Made by a program: the position numbers and the translations under genes. A DNA stretch of 62,978 nt, counting the filler, from Thraustochytrium aureum (Eukaryota), in NCBI GenBank assembly GCA_012862495.1. It is 7 parts of 3 records of this genome, joined end to end, with 100 filler letters (N's around TTAATTAATTAA, not from the genome) between each part and the next. Parts side by side here need not be neighbours in the genome. Positions count along the whole stretch, not along the records: positions 1 to 5,810 come from BLSG01000122.1; positions 5,911 to 21,341 come from BLSG01000122.1; 5 more parts are not named here. One strand, given 5' to 3'. Positions 1 to 11,150 of this stretch are shown piece after piece. The notes beneath the pieces are model-generated. The model searched no databases. It was not told the DNA's origin and saw only the letters and a program-made list of their open reading frames with translations. The first letter of the stretch is position 1. Each line of letters starts with the position of its first letter.

Positions 1-860
1 GAGGCAGAGAGCGAGGAGGATGAAGAGAGCGGAGATGATGGCTCGGAAGCGGCGTCCGAGAACGAGGCCGGAGAATCGCCGCGGAAAAAGGTGAAAGGCG
101 TGCTGTCCGCGAAAGATGAAGAGATTATGAAGAAGCGCACCGCCGAGCAGCACAGGATCGACAACATTGTGCCCTACCGGAACAAGCAGCGCGTGCTGAT
201 CTTTTGCTCGCGCGGCGTGACGAGCCGGTTCCGGCACCTGATGGAGGACATGCGCGCCCTGCTGCCACACCACCGCAAGGAGGTCAAGCACGACACAAAG
301 CGCAACCTTTTCGAAATCAACGACCTGTGCGACATGAAGGCCTGCAACAACTGCATGTTCTTCGAAGCACGGAAGAGCAAGGACCTGTACATGTGGTTGA
401 GCAAGACACCGAGCGGGCCGAGCGTAAAATTCCACGTGCTCAACATCCACACGATGGACGAGCTGCGGCTGAGCGGCAACTGCCTCAAGGGGTCGCGCCC
501 GTTCTTGTCGTTTGGGTCCGAGTTTGACCGCGCCCCTGCACTGCGCCTCGTGAAGGAGCTTTTTACCCAGATCTTTGGGACACCAGCGGGCCACCCGAAG
601 AGCAAGCCGTTCGTGGACCACGTGATGACCTTTACGATTCTCGATGGCAAGATCTGGTTCCGCCACTACCAGGTGACCGACACGACGCAGGACGCCGTCG
701 AGATCCGGCGCGCGCTCAAGCGCGGCGAGGAGACCATCAAGCTCGTCGAGATCGGGCCGCGCTTCGTGCTCAACCTGATCAAGGTGTTCGAGGACGGCTT
801 TGGCGGACGCACCCTCGTGGAGAACCCAGAGTACCAGAGCCCCAACGAGCAGCGCAGCGT
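1..860 (+). CDS. BRX1: Brix-domain ribosome biogenesis protein Brx1; open at the 5' end and running into an N gap
   Basis: Frame +1 has an acidic N-terminus, then Brix motifs RVLIFCSRG, RHLMEDMRALLPH, PSGPSVKF, GNCLKGSRP, HPKSKPFVDHV, IWFRHYQ and LVEIGPRFVL. Confidence 0.95.
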
Positions 861-1447
861 NNNNNNNNNNNNNNNNNNNNNNNNNNNNNNNNNNNNNNNN
901 NNNNNNNNNNNNNNNNNNNNNNNNNNNNNNNNNNNNNNNNNNNNNNNNNNNNNNNNNNNNNNNNNNNNNNNNNNNNNNNNNNNNNNNNNNNNNNNNNNNN
1001 NNNNNNNNNNNNNNNNNNNNNNNNNNNNNNNNNNNNNNNNNNNNNNNNNNNNNNNNNNNNNNNNNNNNNNNNNNNNNNNNNNNNNNNNNNNNNNNNNNNN
1101 NNNNNNNNNNNNNNNNNNNNNNNNNNNNNNNNNNNNNNNNNNNNNNNNNNNNGGGCGGAATCGCTGGCGCGCGAGGGCCGCGTAGCTGCGCAAGTTTTCA
1201 AGGACAGCGCTGCCGGATCGCGAGACTACTTGCAAGCATCGTTGACTGTTTTGATCGCCTCCTTCTTGCGCTGTTGTTGCCGGTCGGCCCATCCCCAAGC
1301 GGCAAAGTGCGTCTGCCCTGCAGTCCTTCAGCGCAAGGGCCGCGTCGAAGAGGGAGCAAAACCAAAAACAAAAACAAAAAGACAGACCCCTTGTTTTGGC
1401 GAGTTTCCTTCATTGTACAGGGCCCCGCAGCCCTCGGACCGGGGCGC

Positions 1448-2476
1448 TTACATGGCCTCCACCTCGATCGTGTTGTCGTAGTTGATGGTGGGCACGACCG
1501 ACTGAATGAACTTGAGGAATATGAACAGGTACTGGCTCGCCTCGGCGCGCTTTCCGCCCTCCGTCAGGTGCGACACGATCTTCTTCATCACCTCCGCGTG
1601 CTTGCAAGGGTGAATCGACGCGTAGACGACCCCGCCGGCCAGCTGTGGATGCGGCTCAATCGTCACCGTCTTGTTCGCGTAGTCCTGCATGATGTCCTCA
1701 AGCACTTGCTCGCCAGTGAGCGGCCGCTGCTGCTCGTCGTATCCATACAGCCAGACGCGCGGCGTCTGGTAGTGCTTGTCGTAGGTTATGCTCAGGTCGT
1801 ACGTGCGCATTTTGACAACGTCGTCGCCGCCGCCGCGGCCGCCTTCCGTAACAGCGCCGGCCGCGGCCGCGTCCTCCAGGCCGTCTTCAACAAAGTCGTC
1901 CAGGTCAATAAAGCCGTCTTCGTTCTCTTCACCTGCTGCGTCTCCGACATTCTCTGCCGCTGCCGCTGCCGTCGCAGTCGGAGCCGGCTCCGGAGCTGGC
2001 GCCGGAGCTGGCGCCGGGGCTACGGACGTCCCCGAGGCGTCTTTGGCGCCTTCTCCAGCGCTCGGAAGCGCCTGGTCCATGCCGCGGAGGTCAAGGGCCT
2101 CGCTGTCGTCCTCAGCGGCGGTGGCGGCGGCGTTGCTGTGCGTCGAGAGCCATGTGTCGTCCGGGCCGCCGCCCTCGACCCCTTCGACCTCCACCTCTCC
2201 GCTGTACGTGTCCTCTAGCGACTTTACGCGGTGCTCGCACGCCACGCCGCGCGTGATCAAAAACTGCTTGTTCTCCGGCAGATACGGCCTGCGTTTGGCG
2301 GGGTCGCCGCTCGCCCACTCCCAGGTCGGGCAGGTCCGTATGAGCTGGTCGCCCGCGAGAACAAACTCCTCCGGCGTCAGCACGCCGCGCTCCTCGAACG
2401 CAGAGGTCTGCAGCACGGGCGTGACGTACTCGCCCACCGCGTGAGCCACCTTGTGGATCTTGTGCAAGAAGCTCAT
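1448..2476 (-). CDS. ATG3: Autophagy E2-like enzyme Atg3
   Basis: Complete 342-aa ORF with GVLTPEEFVLAGD, CPTWEW, RTYDLSITYDKHYQTPRVWL, catalytic SIHPCKH and FLKF. Confidence 0.97.
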   Translation of the reverse strand: MSFLHKIHKVAHAVGEYVTPVLQTSAFEERGVLTPEEFVLAGDQLIRTCPTWEWASGDPAKRRPYLPENKQFLITRGVACEHRVKSLEDTYSGEVEVEGVEGGGPDDTWLSTHSNAAATAAEDDSEALDLRGMDQALPSAGEGAKDASGTSVAPAPAPAPAPEPAPTATAAAAAENVGDAAGEENEDGFIDLDDFVEDGLEDAAAAGAVTEGGRGGGDDVVKMRTYDLSITYDKHYQTPRVWLYGYDEQQRPLTGEQVLEDIMQDYANKTVTIEPHPQLAGGVVYASIHPCKHAEVMKKIVSHLTEGGKRAEASQYLFIFLKFIQSVVPTINYDNTIEVEAM

Positions 2477-2930
2477 TTCCGCGCCTTGGCGAACTCGCCG
2501 GACCGCGTTGCGCCCGGGGCCGACCAGCGCCCTCTTCCCAGGGAGACTTGCCTGACTCCTCGCTTCGCTGGCTGGCTCGTGCGCGTCGAGCCTCTCTCTC
2601 CGCCAGCGCCGGGGCCTTCCTCGTTGCGGCTCTGCGCGCTCCCTCCCATCGTGTCACCGTGTCGCACGTCCGAGGAGCGTTCCTTCTCTCAGGCATCTTC
2701 CGAGGCGAAACCCGCCCGACTCTACCACCACAAAAGAAAAGAGAACAATTTCATGTTCTCTCGCGGCTTGCTCCTTCGAGAAGGAACAATCGCGGCTTCC
2801 TTCGAGACTCACAGAACTTGTGACAGAAGAAAAAGGAGGACTTTAGAGGACTGACAAAATAGAGGGTAGGGTTAGGTCGAGCTAGGGTGCTGCTGCGAGC
2901 GGCTGCACAGAGGCGGAGGCAGAGGAGGGG

Positions 2931-3003
2931 CAGGCACGCAGGCTCGCAGGCAGGCACGCAGGCAGGCAGACGGGCAGGCAGGCAGGCAGGCAGGCAGGCA
3001 GGC
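2931..3003 (+). repeat. Imperfect (GGCA)n microsatellite
   Basis: Run of caggcaggcagg units in the ATG3/NDUFB2 divergent intergenic region. A similar run lies near 47969-47993. Confidence 0.8.
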
Positions 3004-3111
3004 GGGCGGCTGGAGGGGACTTTGGCCGGCGTTGCGGAGGGTGGTCTGCGTGTCTGTGTGTGGCGGGCGCTGCGGTGAAGCGTGGCGTGAAGGAGGGAGC
3101 GCACGCGCGAG

Positions 3112-3790
3112 ATGAGTTTTTTCGGCTTGGCGCGGCTCGCGGCGACGGGCGCTGCGCGGAGGCAGCAGGCCGTCGCCAGGCCGCGCGTGGTGAAGCTGGC
3201 GCAGCGCCGCATGGGGGAGCTGAGCGCGCCGGACCCCAAGTATGGCGGGTTCAGGGCGCCGCATGTGTCCAAGCCACGTGAGTTGCGCGTGCACGAGCGA
3301 GCTGGTNNNNNNNNNNNNNNNNNNNNNNNNNNNNNNNNNNNNNNNNNNNNNNNNNNNNNNNNNNNNNNNNNNNNNNNNNNNNNNNNNNNNNNNNNNNNNN
3401 NNNNNNNNNNNNNNNNNNNNNNNNNNNNNNNNNNNNNNNNNNNNNNNNNNNNNNNNNNNNNNNNNNNNNNNNNNNNNNCAGACAAAATGGGCGCCGAGTT
3501 TCTAGGAACGATCCTCTGGCTCTGGCTCTTTTACCGGTGCAAGGAGGACGGTGCCACCGTGTTTTTGGGCAGTAAGTGCATGGCGGAGGGTGCCCACCGC
3601 GCCTTGGTTGCTCGAGAGAGACCTCGGCCTAACAGCTTGCGTGCGTCTGGCGCGCGCAGTTCATCCGTGGGATTTGCATGACGAGGACGACCATGGCCAT
3701 GGGGACCACGGCCACGGCGACCACGGCCACGCGCACGACCTTGCTTGGGAGAAGGAGATTGGGGAGAAGCCGACTCTAGCAGAGCATTGA
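3112..3790 (+). CDS. NDUFB2: Complex I subunit NDUFB2 (AGGG)-like; predicted exons 3112-3277, 3482-3571, 3660-3790
   Basis: Arg/Ala-rich mitochondrial presequence. Predicted introns GTGAGT(3278)..CAG(3481) and GTAAGT(3572)..CTAAC..CAG(3659) give APHVSKPHKMGAEFLGTILWLWLFYRCKEDGATVFLGIHPWD plus a His-rich tail, matching the NDUFB2 pattern (W-x-W...G-x-HPW). Confidence 0.8.
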
Positions 3791-4211
3791 ATTTCCTTTT
3801 TCTTTTTCCTTTTCCAAACCAAGTCTGGGGGCCTGGTCCAGCAGAGGAGCGTCGCCCATCTTTTTAAAAAATTTGCGCAGTTCCCAATCACAAACTGGGG
3901 CCATGTGCGCTCTGGCCAGCGCTGCGAGCCCGCTTGCGGATGCGCACGTACTTCTCCTTGACCTCGTTGCGCTTGCCCTTGCCGCAGAACTCGCCCTGCG
4001 AGGGGAGTAGCCCTTTTCTACAGGTTACAGGGGGGTCGTGTACGCAGACCTCGTCTACTACTAGATTCCCAACAACAGAACGCACGTTTTGGTCCACAAA
4101 ACGCAGAAAGAACTCACGTCCCCAAACGGGACTGGATCCTCCTTCGTTCCTCAAGGAGAGTTCATGCCTGGTTTCACTTGCAACTCGGCGCCTCGCCAAG
4201 GAGGCACGACG

Positions 4212-4282
4212 CAGCAGCGCCGCCGCGACAGGCCTTGCCGTTCAGCAGCGCCGCCGCGACAGGCCTTGCCGTTCAACAGCGC
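4212..4282 (+). repeat. 31-bp tandem duplication (2 exact copies plus a partial third)
   Basis: cagcagcgccgccgcgacaggccttgccgtt at 4212-4242 and 4243-4273. Confidence 0.9.
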
Positions 4283-4539
4283 AACAACTCGATCGCACAG
4301 CAGGAAACGCTTGTCAAGAAATGGCCTCTTCCAATTTTGCAAACAACAGTAGCAGAAGCAAGTAGCAGGCTACTAGCAGCAGGCGCCGCTGCAGCACGCG
4401 CAGCAGCACATGCGGTCGCCAGCAACGAAAGAATAACGAGTCGGCAATCAGTCTCCTTCGCCCCAACCCGCAGAACAGCGGCAGAGCGGCGGCGCGCCGA
4501 GGCAGAGCGCCCTCGCCTCGCCAGGCAAAGCAAGCCCGG

Positions 4540-5810
4540 TCAAATTGCTGCGGGGGTCGGTCCAGCGACCTCGGCTTCTGGCGGCGTCTCGTCGCTGCCC
4601 TCCTTCGAGACAGGGGTACGCTTGACGTTCTTGTGCGCCGCGGCGTTGATAAAGTCGTCGTACGACGACGGCGACGAAAAAGGCCGCTCGCCGATGAGGC
4701 GGCTGATGTCGTGCTGATTGATGGTCTCGTTTTCAAGCAGGTACTCGGCGACAGCTTTGACCGCCTCCTTCTTCTCCTCCAAGAGCTTTTTCGTGCGCTC
4801 GTACGAGAGAGCCACAAGCTTTTGCACTTCCTCGTCGATCACGGCGGCCGTCTTCTCCGAGTAGCGCTTTTGCGGGACGAGGCTCGAGTCGTCCTGGCGA
4901 AAGCTCAGGTTGCCGATCTTGGCGTTCATCCCGTACTGGGAGACCATGGCGTAGCTCATGTCCGTGACCTTTTGCAAGTCGTCTGCTGCGCCCGTGGTGA
5001 TACGGCCAAAGGTGAGCTCCTCCGCGGCACGACCGCCGAGCGCCATCGCCATGCGGTCCAGGATCTGCTCCTGCGTGTGAAGAGCCATCTCCTTGGGCAG
5101 GTACTGCGCGAACCCGAGCGCCCCAGACATGCGCGGGATGATGGTCACCTTGAGCAGCGGGTCGCAGTGCTCGAGGAACCAGCCCACGACCGCGTGGCCC
5201 GCCTCGTGGTAGGCCACGGTGCGGAGCTCGTCGGGGGTCATCACGGAGTTTTTCTTCTCGAGGCCACCGATGACGCGGTCCACTGCGCCCTCAAAGTCCT
5301 CCATGTCGATGCTCTCCTTTTGCTGGCGGGCGGCGAGGATTGCCGCCTCGTTGCAGATGTTGGCGATCTGTGCGCCGGCAAAGCCCGGCGTCAGCGCGGC
5401 GAGGCGCTGCGCGACGTCCGTGCGCTCCCCGCTCACATTCAGGTTGCGCAGGTGCACGTCAAAGATCTCCTTGCGGCCTTTGATGTCCGGGAGGTCCACC
5501 TTGATCTGCCTGTCGAAGCGGCCGGGCCGCAGGATGGCCTGGTCCAAGATGTCGATGCGGTTCGTCCCCGCAAGCACGACCACGCCCTCCTTGGTGTCAA
5601 AGCCGTCCATCTCGACAAGGAGCTGGTTGAGCGTGTTCTCGCGCTCGTCGTTGCCGCCAGAAAAGCCGCCCTTGCCGCGCGCGCGCGCTACGGCGTCGAT
5701 CTCGTCGATGAAAACAATGCAAGGCGCGTTCTTGCGCGCCTGGCTGAACAGGTCACGGACGCGGCTCGGCCCAACACCCACAAACATCTCGATAAAGTCG
5801 GAGCCCGAGA
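4540..5810 (-). CDS. Mitochondrial m-AAA (FtsH family, AFG3/paraplegin-like) protease, 5' truncated by the scaffold end
   Basis: [14 protein letters not shown], Walker [28 protein letters not shown], second region of homology LRPGRFDR, M41 zinc motif [14 protein letters not shown]. Confidence 0.93.
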
Positions 5811-5910
5811 NNNNNNNNNNNNNNNNNNNNNNNNNNNNNNNNNNNNNNNNNNNNTTAATTAATTAANNNNNNNNNNNNNNNNNNNNNNNNNNNNNNNNNN
5901 NNNNNNNNNN
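5811..5910. other. Artificial scaffold linker 1
   Basis: 44 N + TTAATTAATTAA (5855-5866; stops in all six frames) + 44 N. Confidence 0.97.
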
Positions 5911-5965
5911 CGCAGGGCTGGCTGGCTGCGATAGGGGGACGCCGGCTGCGCGCTGCTTGATGCGG

Positions 5966-6002
5966 CAACAACAAGAACAACAACAACAACAACAACAACA
6001 AC
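5966..6002 (+). repeat. (CAA)n microsatellite
   Basis: About 12 imperfect CAA units upstream of glutamine synthetase copy A. Confidence 0.85.
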
Positions 6003-6444
6003 CCGCCGCCGCCGCGAAAAGCCTGCCAGCCCTGCTTGCCTGCACGTTCTACTCTGCAACCTGCTGGAGGAAAGAATGGCTCCATTGTTTTACGCATGCT
6101 GCAAGCAAGCACACCTACCTGCCTTTGCACGGGCGGGTGCTGAGAGGGCGCGAGACAGATTTGAACGCTGCTGTGAGGAGAGCACTGCGCGAATGCCAGC
6201 TCCGCACAACCACCCCGAACAGCCTGCCCAATTTGCGCTCGACCAGAACGCCGCCGAGCACGAGCAAAACGCCAACATCCTGCTGCGACCAGTGCGTCTC
6301 TCTGCTTGAGCTGGACTCGCAGCAGTTCGCTTCGACCCGCCCTGCACGCAACGCCTGCGACTGCGCCGCGCCAGCAACCGAACACCAGCAGCGAGCGCTT
6401 CAACCCAGCAACCAGGAACGACACAGACCGCGCGGCTACCAAAC

Positions 6445-7007
6445 ATGGCGGGCGTCGTGATCGCCGAGTATGTGTGGATGGACGCGGCCGGCACGCCGCG
6501 CTCCAAGTCGAGGGTGATCAAAACGAAGAAGAAGATAGCGCTCAAGGACCTGCCGAAGTGGAACTTCGATGGCTCGTCGACCGGCCAGGCCCCCGGCGAG
6601 GACTCGGAAGTGATCGTCCACCCGTGCGCCATGTTCAAGGACCCGTTCCGCGGCGGCAACAACATCCTCGTGCTCTGCGACAACTACACCCCCAAAGGCG
6701 AGCCCATTCCCACCAACAACCGCTTCAAGGCCAAGCAGATTTTTGACGCCGACAAGGGCGGCAAGACCGAGCCGTGGTTCGGCATTGAGCAAGAGTACAC
6801 CATGTTCAAGGAAGGACGCCCCCTCGGCTGGCCCAAGGCAAAGGCGCGCGCCTACAAGGGCGGCCCCACGGCCAGTACGGCTACCCTGGCCCGCAGGGCC
6901 CATACTACTGCTCCGCCGGCGCCGACGTGGCCTTCGGCCGCGATATCGTCGAGGAGCACATGTTCAAGTGCCTTGAGGCCGGCATCAACCTCAGCGGCAC
7001 GAATGCT
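6445..7007 (+). CDS. Glutamine synthetase type II, copy A; apparent 1-nt deletion near 6872 and 3' half in an N gap
   Basis: [53 protein letters not shown]. After the frameshift: [27 protein letters not shown]...SGTNA. Confidence 0.95.
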
Positions 7008-7884
7008 NNNNNNNNNNNNNNNNNNNNNNNNNNNNNNNNNNNNNNNNNNNNNNNNNNNNNNNNNNNNNNNNNNNNNNNNNNNNNNNNNNNNNNNNNNNNN
7101 NNNNNNNNNNNNNNNNNNNNNNNNNNNNNNNNNNNNNNNNNNNNNNNNNNNNNNNNNNNNNNNNNNNNNNNNNNNNNNNNNNNNNNNNNNNNNNNNNNNN
7201 NNNNNNNNNNNNNNNNNNNNNNNNNNNNNNNNNNNNNNNNNNNNNNNNNNNNNNNNNNNNNNNNNNNNNNNNNNNNNNNNNNNNNNNNNNNNNNNNNNNN
7301 NNNNNNNNNNNNNNNNNNNNNNNNNNNNNNNNNNNNNNNNNNNNNNNNNNNNNNNNNNNNNNNNNNNNNNNNNNNNNNNNNNNNNNNNNNNNNNNNNNNN
7401 NNNNNNNNNNNNNNNNNNNNNNNNNNNNNNNNNNNNNNNNNNNNNNNNNNNNNNNNNNNNNNNNNNNNNNNNNNNNNNNNNNNNNNNNNNNNNNNNNNNN
7501 NNNNNNNNNNNNNNNNNNNNNNNNNNNNNNNNNNNNNNNNNNNNNNNNNNNNNNNNNNNNNNNNNNNNNNNNNNNNNNNNNNNNNNNNNNNNNNNNNNNN
7601 NNNNNNNNNNNNNNNNNNNNNNNNNNNNNNNNNNNNNNNNNNNNNNNNNNNNNNNNNNNNNNNNNNNNNNNNNNNNNNNNNNNNNNNNNNNNNNNNNNNN
7701 NNNNNNNNNNNNNNNNNNNNNNNNNNNNNNNNNNNNNNNNNNNNNNNNNNNNNNNNNNNNNNNNNNNNNNNNNNNNNNTGAACTTGCGGTTGGTGAGACG
7801 GAAAGTCAAATGACAAGAACAGTCAGCGCAAACGGCCCAAAGCCCGCGGCTCGTGCACAGGTTTAACTGCCGCCGCGATCGAGG

Positions 7885-9195
7885 ATGAAGATCGCAATGG
7901 CAATGGCAGCTTCAGCCGCCCTTTTGCGCTGCACGGGCGCCATGGTTTCATGTGACCCTGGCGATCCTTTGGCCAAATTTCAGCGGTGCGCCAGGGTCAA
8001 GGCCGTCTTTGATGCTCTCTAGAGAACAGAGCGAGTGGTTTAATTGCCGCGGAGGAAAAGATGACCCATGCACGTTCACGGTGGACAATTTAGACGAGGA
8101 GAGCAACGTCGAGCCGTGCTCAACAGATTTTATCAAGATCGACTGCACAACCTCCGGGCCAAAACTCGTGTCCGGGACCACCTTTGGGCCCTACGCTGGT
8201 TTCAAGCTAGGGCTTTTTGGATCGCTCACGGAACGTGGCAAGGCCGAGGCGTTCAAGGCTGCTCTCCAGACCCTCATCACGTCGGATTCGGTAACTCTAG
8301 CCTTCCTATTTGACATGTCAGGCATCGACATTCCAGTGCAAGTAGAGCAAGCTTGCATATCTGATTGCACTGGCCACTGCAGGTTTAACGCAGCTGTAAT
8401 CGAGTCGTCAAACGCCGCGCCCGAAGCCTACAGTACGTTCCTTACTGGCAGCGTCTTCAGCAAGGGTTTCGATCAGTGCAGCTGGCTCGCGTCACCGACT
8501 AGAGCGCCGACCCTATCACCAGCGCGTTTTCCGATATTGTCTCCTTCAGCCTCACCGAGTACGTCGCCGACAAGCGGGCCCACCCATTCGCCCGCGCACT
8601 CGCCGAGTGTGGACCCAACCTCTGCCCCGAGTCTTCCGACAGGACTGCCCACCGGCAAGCCAACCTCGCGCCCTGTGCCATCGTTCTCGCCAACACAGTC
8701 CCCTTCGGCCGAGCGACTCAGCGCAAACCTTGCAAACTACAGTGTAGCTTGGCGTGCGGCGGCGTTCATCCCGGCGGTGCACCATTCCGAGCCGTTCACG
8801 GAGTTCGCTTTGGCAGTCATTGCGCCACAAGAGCAAGTGATTTTGCCGATGTCAGGAGCGGCAGCGTAGTTGTTGCCTTTGGGGTTTGGGGCCTACCGGG
8901 AACTACGACCGAGGCAGCGCTTGCAAGTCGAATCAAGGACGCCGCCCGTGCAAGGAACGCGCACGAGTCCTTTGGTCTCGTGGATGAGTTGCCCGAGTTG
9001 CCCACTCTGCCGCCACAACCTGAGTCATCTGTTGGGGCATTCGTGGGCGGCGTGGGCGGCACGCTGCTTGCCATTGTACTATTATGCCTCTTTGCAAACC
9101 GTCGACGCCAAAAGGTCGTTCACGTCGCACAACATGCGGTCAGCGAGAAATGCGAAGCGAGTCTCTGGCAAGAGAAACGTGGCGTTGAGCCCTGA
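7885..9195 (+). CDS. Predicted type I membrane/surface protein (signal peptide, Cys-rich domain, Pro/Ser/Thr stalk, GSVVV motif, TM helix); two frameshifts near 8015 and 8840
   Basis: ATG 7885 gives MKIAMAMAASAALL. The 7952 ORF carries the Cys-rich region and SPT/APT repeats. The 8749 ORF carries VRSGSVVVAF, the TM helix VGAFVGGVGGTLLAIVLLCLFA and a basic stop-transfer NRRRQK. Confidence 0.65.
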
Positions 9196-9899
9196 CGACC
9201 CGTAGTTTCCTGGAATACAAAACCTGGACAGGAAGGAAGTCCGAGGCGCAACGATCGGGCTTTGCTCATGGGAGTGCAATCAATTGTCAAGAGGTTGGGC
9301 TGCCGGATTGGGGTTGTGAAGTTGAAAAGTGCAGAGCCGCATTCAGCGAGGAGCTGGGAGCCGAACAGAGCGGTTTGAAGACCAACAGTGCTGGATCCGA
9401 CCAGAACGTCGGGTGGTATTTCTGTCCGCAGGCTTGGTGCATGACGTAGACTCTCTACAAGCTCTTGATTCACGTAGTCTGCATTGAGCTAGTAGCTCAA
9501 GAGAGCCGAATCGTTTGTTCGCCACCAATTTCGNNNNNNNNNNNNNNNNNNNNNNNNNNNNNNNNNNNNNNNNNNNNNNNNNNNNNNNNNNNNNNNNNNN
9601 NNNNNNNNNNNNNNNNNNNNNNNNNNNNNNNNNNNNNNNNNNNNNNNNNNNNNNNNNNNNNNNNNNNNNNNNNNNNNNNNNNNNNNNNNNNNNNNNNNNN
9701 NNNNNNNNNNNNNNNNNNNNNNNNNNNNNNNNNNNNNNNNNNNNNNNNNNNNNNNNNNNNNNNNNNNNNNNNNNNNNNNNNNNNNNNNNNNNNNNNNNCG
9801 ACGACAAAGAGTCTTACTTGGTTTTCTCAAGGACTCTGCGCTTGCAATCGCAGTCAACTCGCTCAGGGAGTCGACAGCATTTGACCGCATGCATGCTGT

Positions 9900-11150
9900 T
9901 GCCCAGGGACGACCTGGCGCGCGACCATACCAGGCTATACAGAATCACGCCAAGCAGCACGCGATCACCCCAGGCCACCGCGTGCTTGAGCCCCACCAGC
10001 GCATGGGAGCGCATCAGGAGTACCAAGCGCCACGGTGGCTTCCGCCACGTCATGCGGTTTTGGCCTTGCCGCTAAGCAGCAGACCCGCAACGAGCCGCAA
10101 CGAGCACCGTATTCAAAGCAGTCATCGCAAGTAGACCACAAGTAATTCGTCCGTACCGCGCCCGATCTTCGTCTCAAGGGACGTTCCCGGCTGGGAACGC
10201 TGCTTGAGCTCTCTTGTTGAAAACCTCAAGTGTCTTGAAGTAGGATTTGATTCTGCCGCCAACGTGCGCTGCACATGTCGCTCTCGCTCACTCGCTCTCG
10301 AGAGAGAGTTGAGCTGCAGGCCACCTTTTGTGTTGGCCACCTCCGATCCAGGTGAAGCACAACGTAGCGTCCTCAGTATCTGCTGCACAGCTGCGATAAG
10401 CCGGACGGCGATGTTTCGTGGCTACACGTTTTGTCCTATTCGCGACGTTCTCGCGGCAGGTCGGGCTTGCTGCTTTTGTGCATGTTGCGCGCGACGGGCC
10501 AGGGACGAAACTTGCACGGATGAATCGTTATTGTATCGCACGAGCGCAATAGATTGGTTTTCTGCAACCGCTCGCTCTTTCATGCTGCAACCGCTCGCTC
10601 TTTCATGGTGCCGGCTGGCTGCATATTAGCCGCTGGCTCGGCTCAGGCACCCTTGAACGTCGAGTTTAGCCCAATGCGAACCATCGTGATATCGCTGCGA
10701 GGGATACTCTCTTTCGTAACGCCGAAAGGGAAGGCCGCCATTTCGGCGAAGGGCTGAGACGGTCCGGGTGGCAGCGCAGGACGGCGAGGAGCAAGCGATC
10801 TCTCATGACGTGCGCGTAAAGCGACTTTTCCTCGACGAGCGACGGAGATGTACGCCAAAAATGCCTGCCGGCCGTGCTTCGGGTGGCATGGGCTAGTAGT
10901 AGCATACCGCCTCGTTGGCGCGAGACTTGGCCAGCGCGGGAGTGCAGAGCACCTCGTCGTTTCGTTGGTGACAGCGACCTGCGCGTACGCCTCGGCGCGC
11001 AACTCGACTGGGTATCTTTGTTCGGCAGCGACGGACATGAGCAGGTCCACCGCATGCCAGACAGACTCGGGCGTAGGATTTCGCTCTTTCACTTGAGGAC
11101 CGCGGCGCGGATGCTTGCGCTCGCATGCTCAAGCTGCATCTTGGCTGTGC
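9900..11150 (-). pseudogene. Possible decayed MyTH4-FERM coding relic
   Basis: Broken frames give AAVLK/KERNP...LLMSVA...ELRAEAYAQVAVTNE...AFLAYI...PFAEMAAF...DITMVRIGLNST, spaced like MyTH4 (LRDEIYCQ..KQ.T.N) followed by a FERM F1 start. Judged by eye only. Confidence 0.3.
10562..10607 (+). repeat. 23-bp exact tandem duplication
   Basis: ctgcaaccgctcgctctttcatg twice. Confidence 0.9.

Noticed and set aside
3888..4199. Minus-strand fragment GEFCGKGKRNEVKEKYVRIRKR after a CAG acceptor-like site
   Set aside because: It looks coding, but it is short and I could not build a coherent upstream exon or recognise a domain.
5855..5866. TTAATTAATTAA as a biological repeat or piggyBac TTAA target site
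   Set aside because: It is always centred between two runs of exactly 44 N, so it is an artificial six-frame-stop linker.
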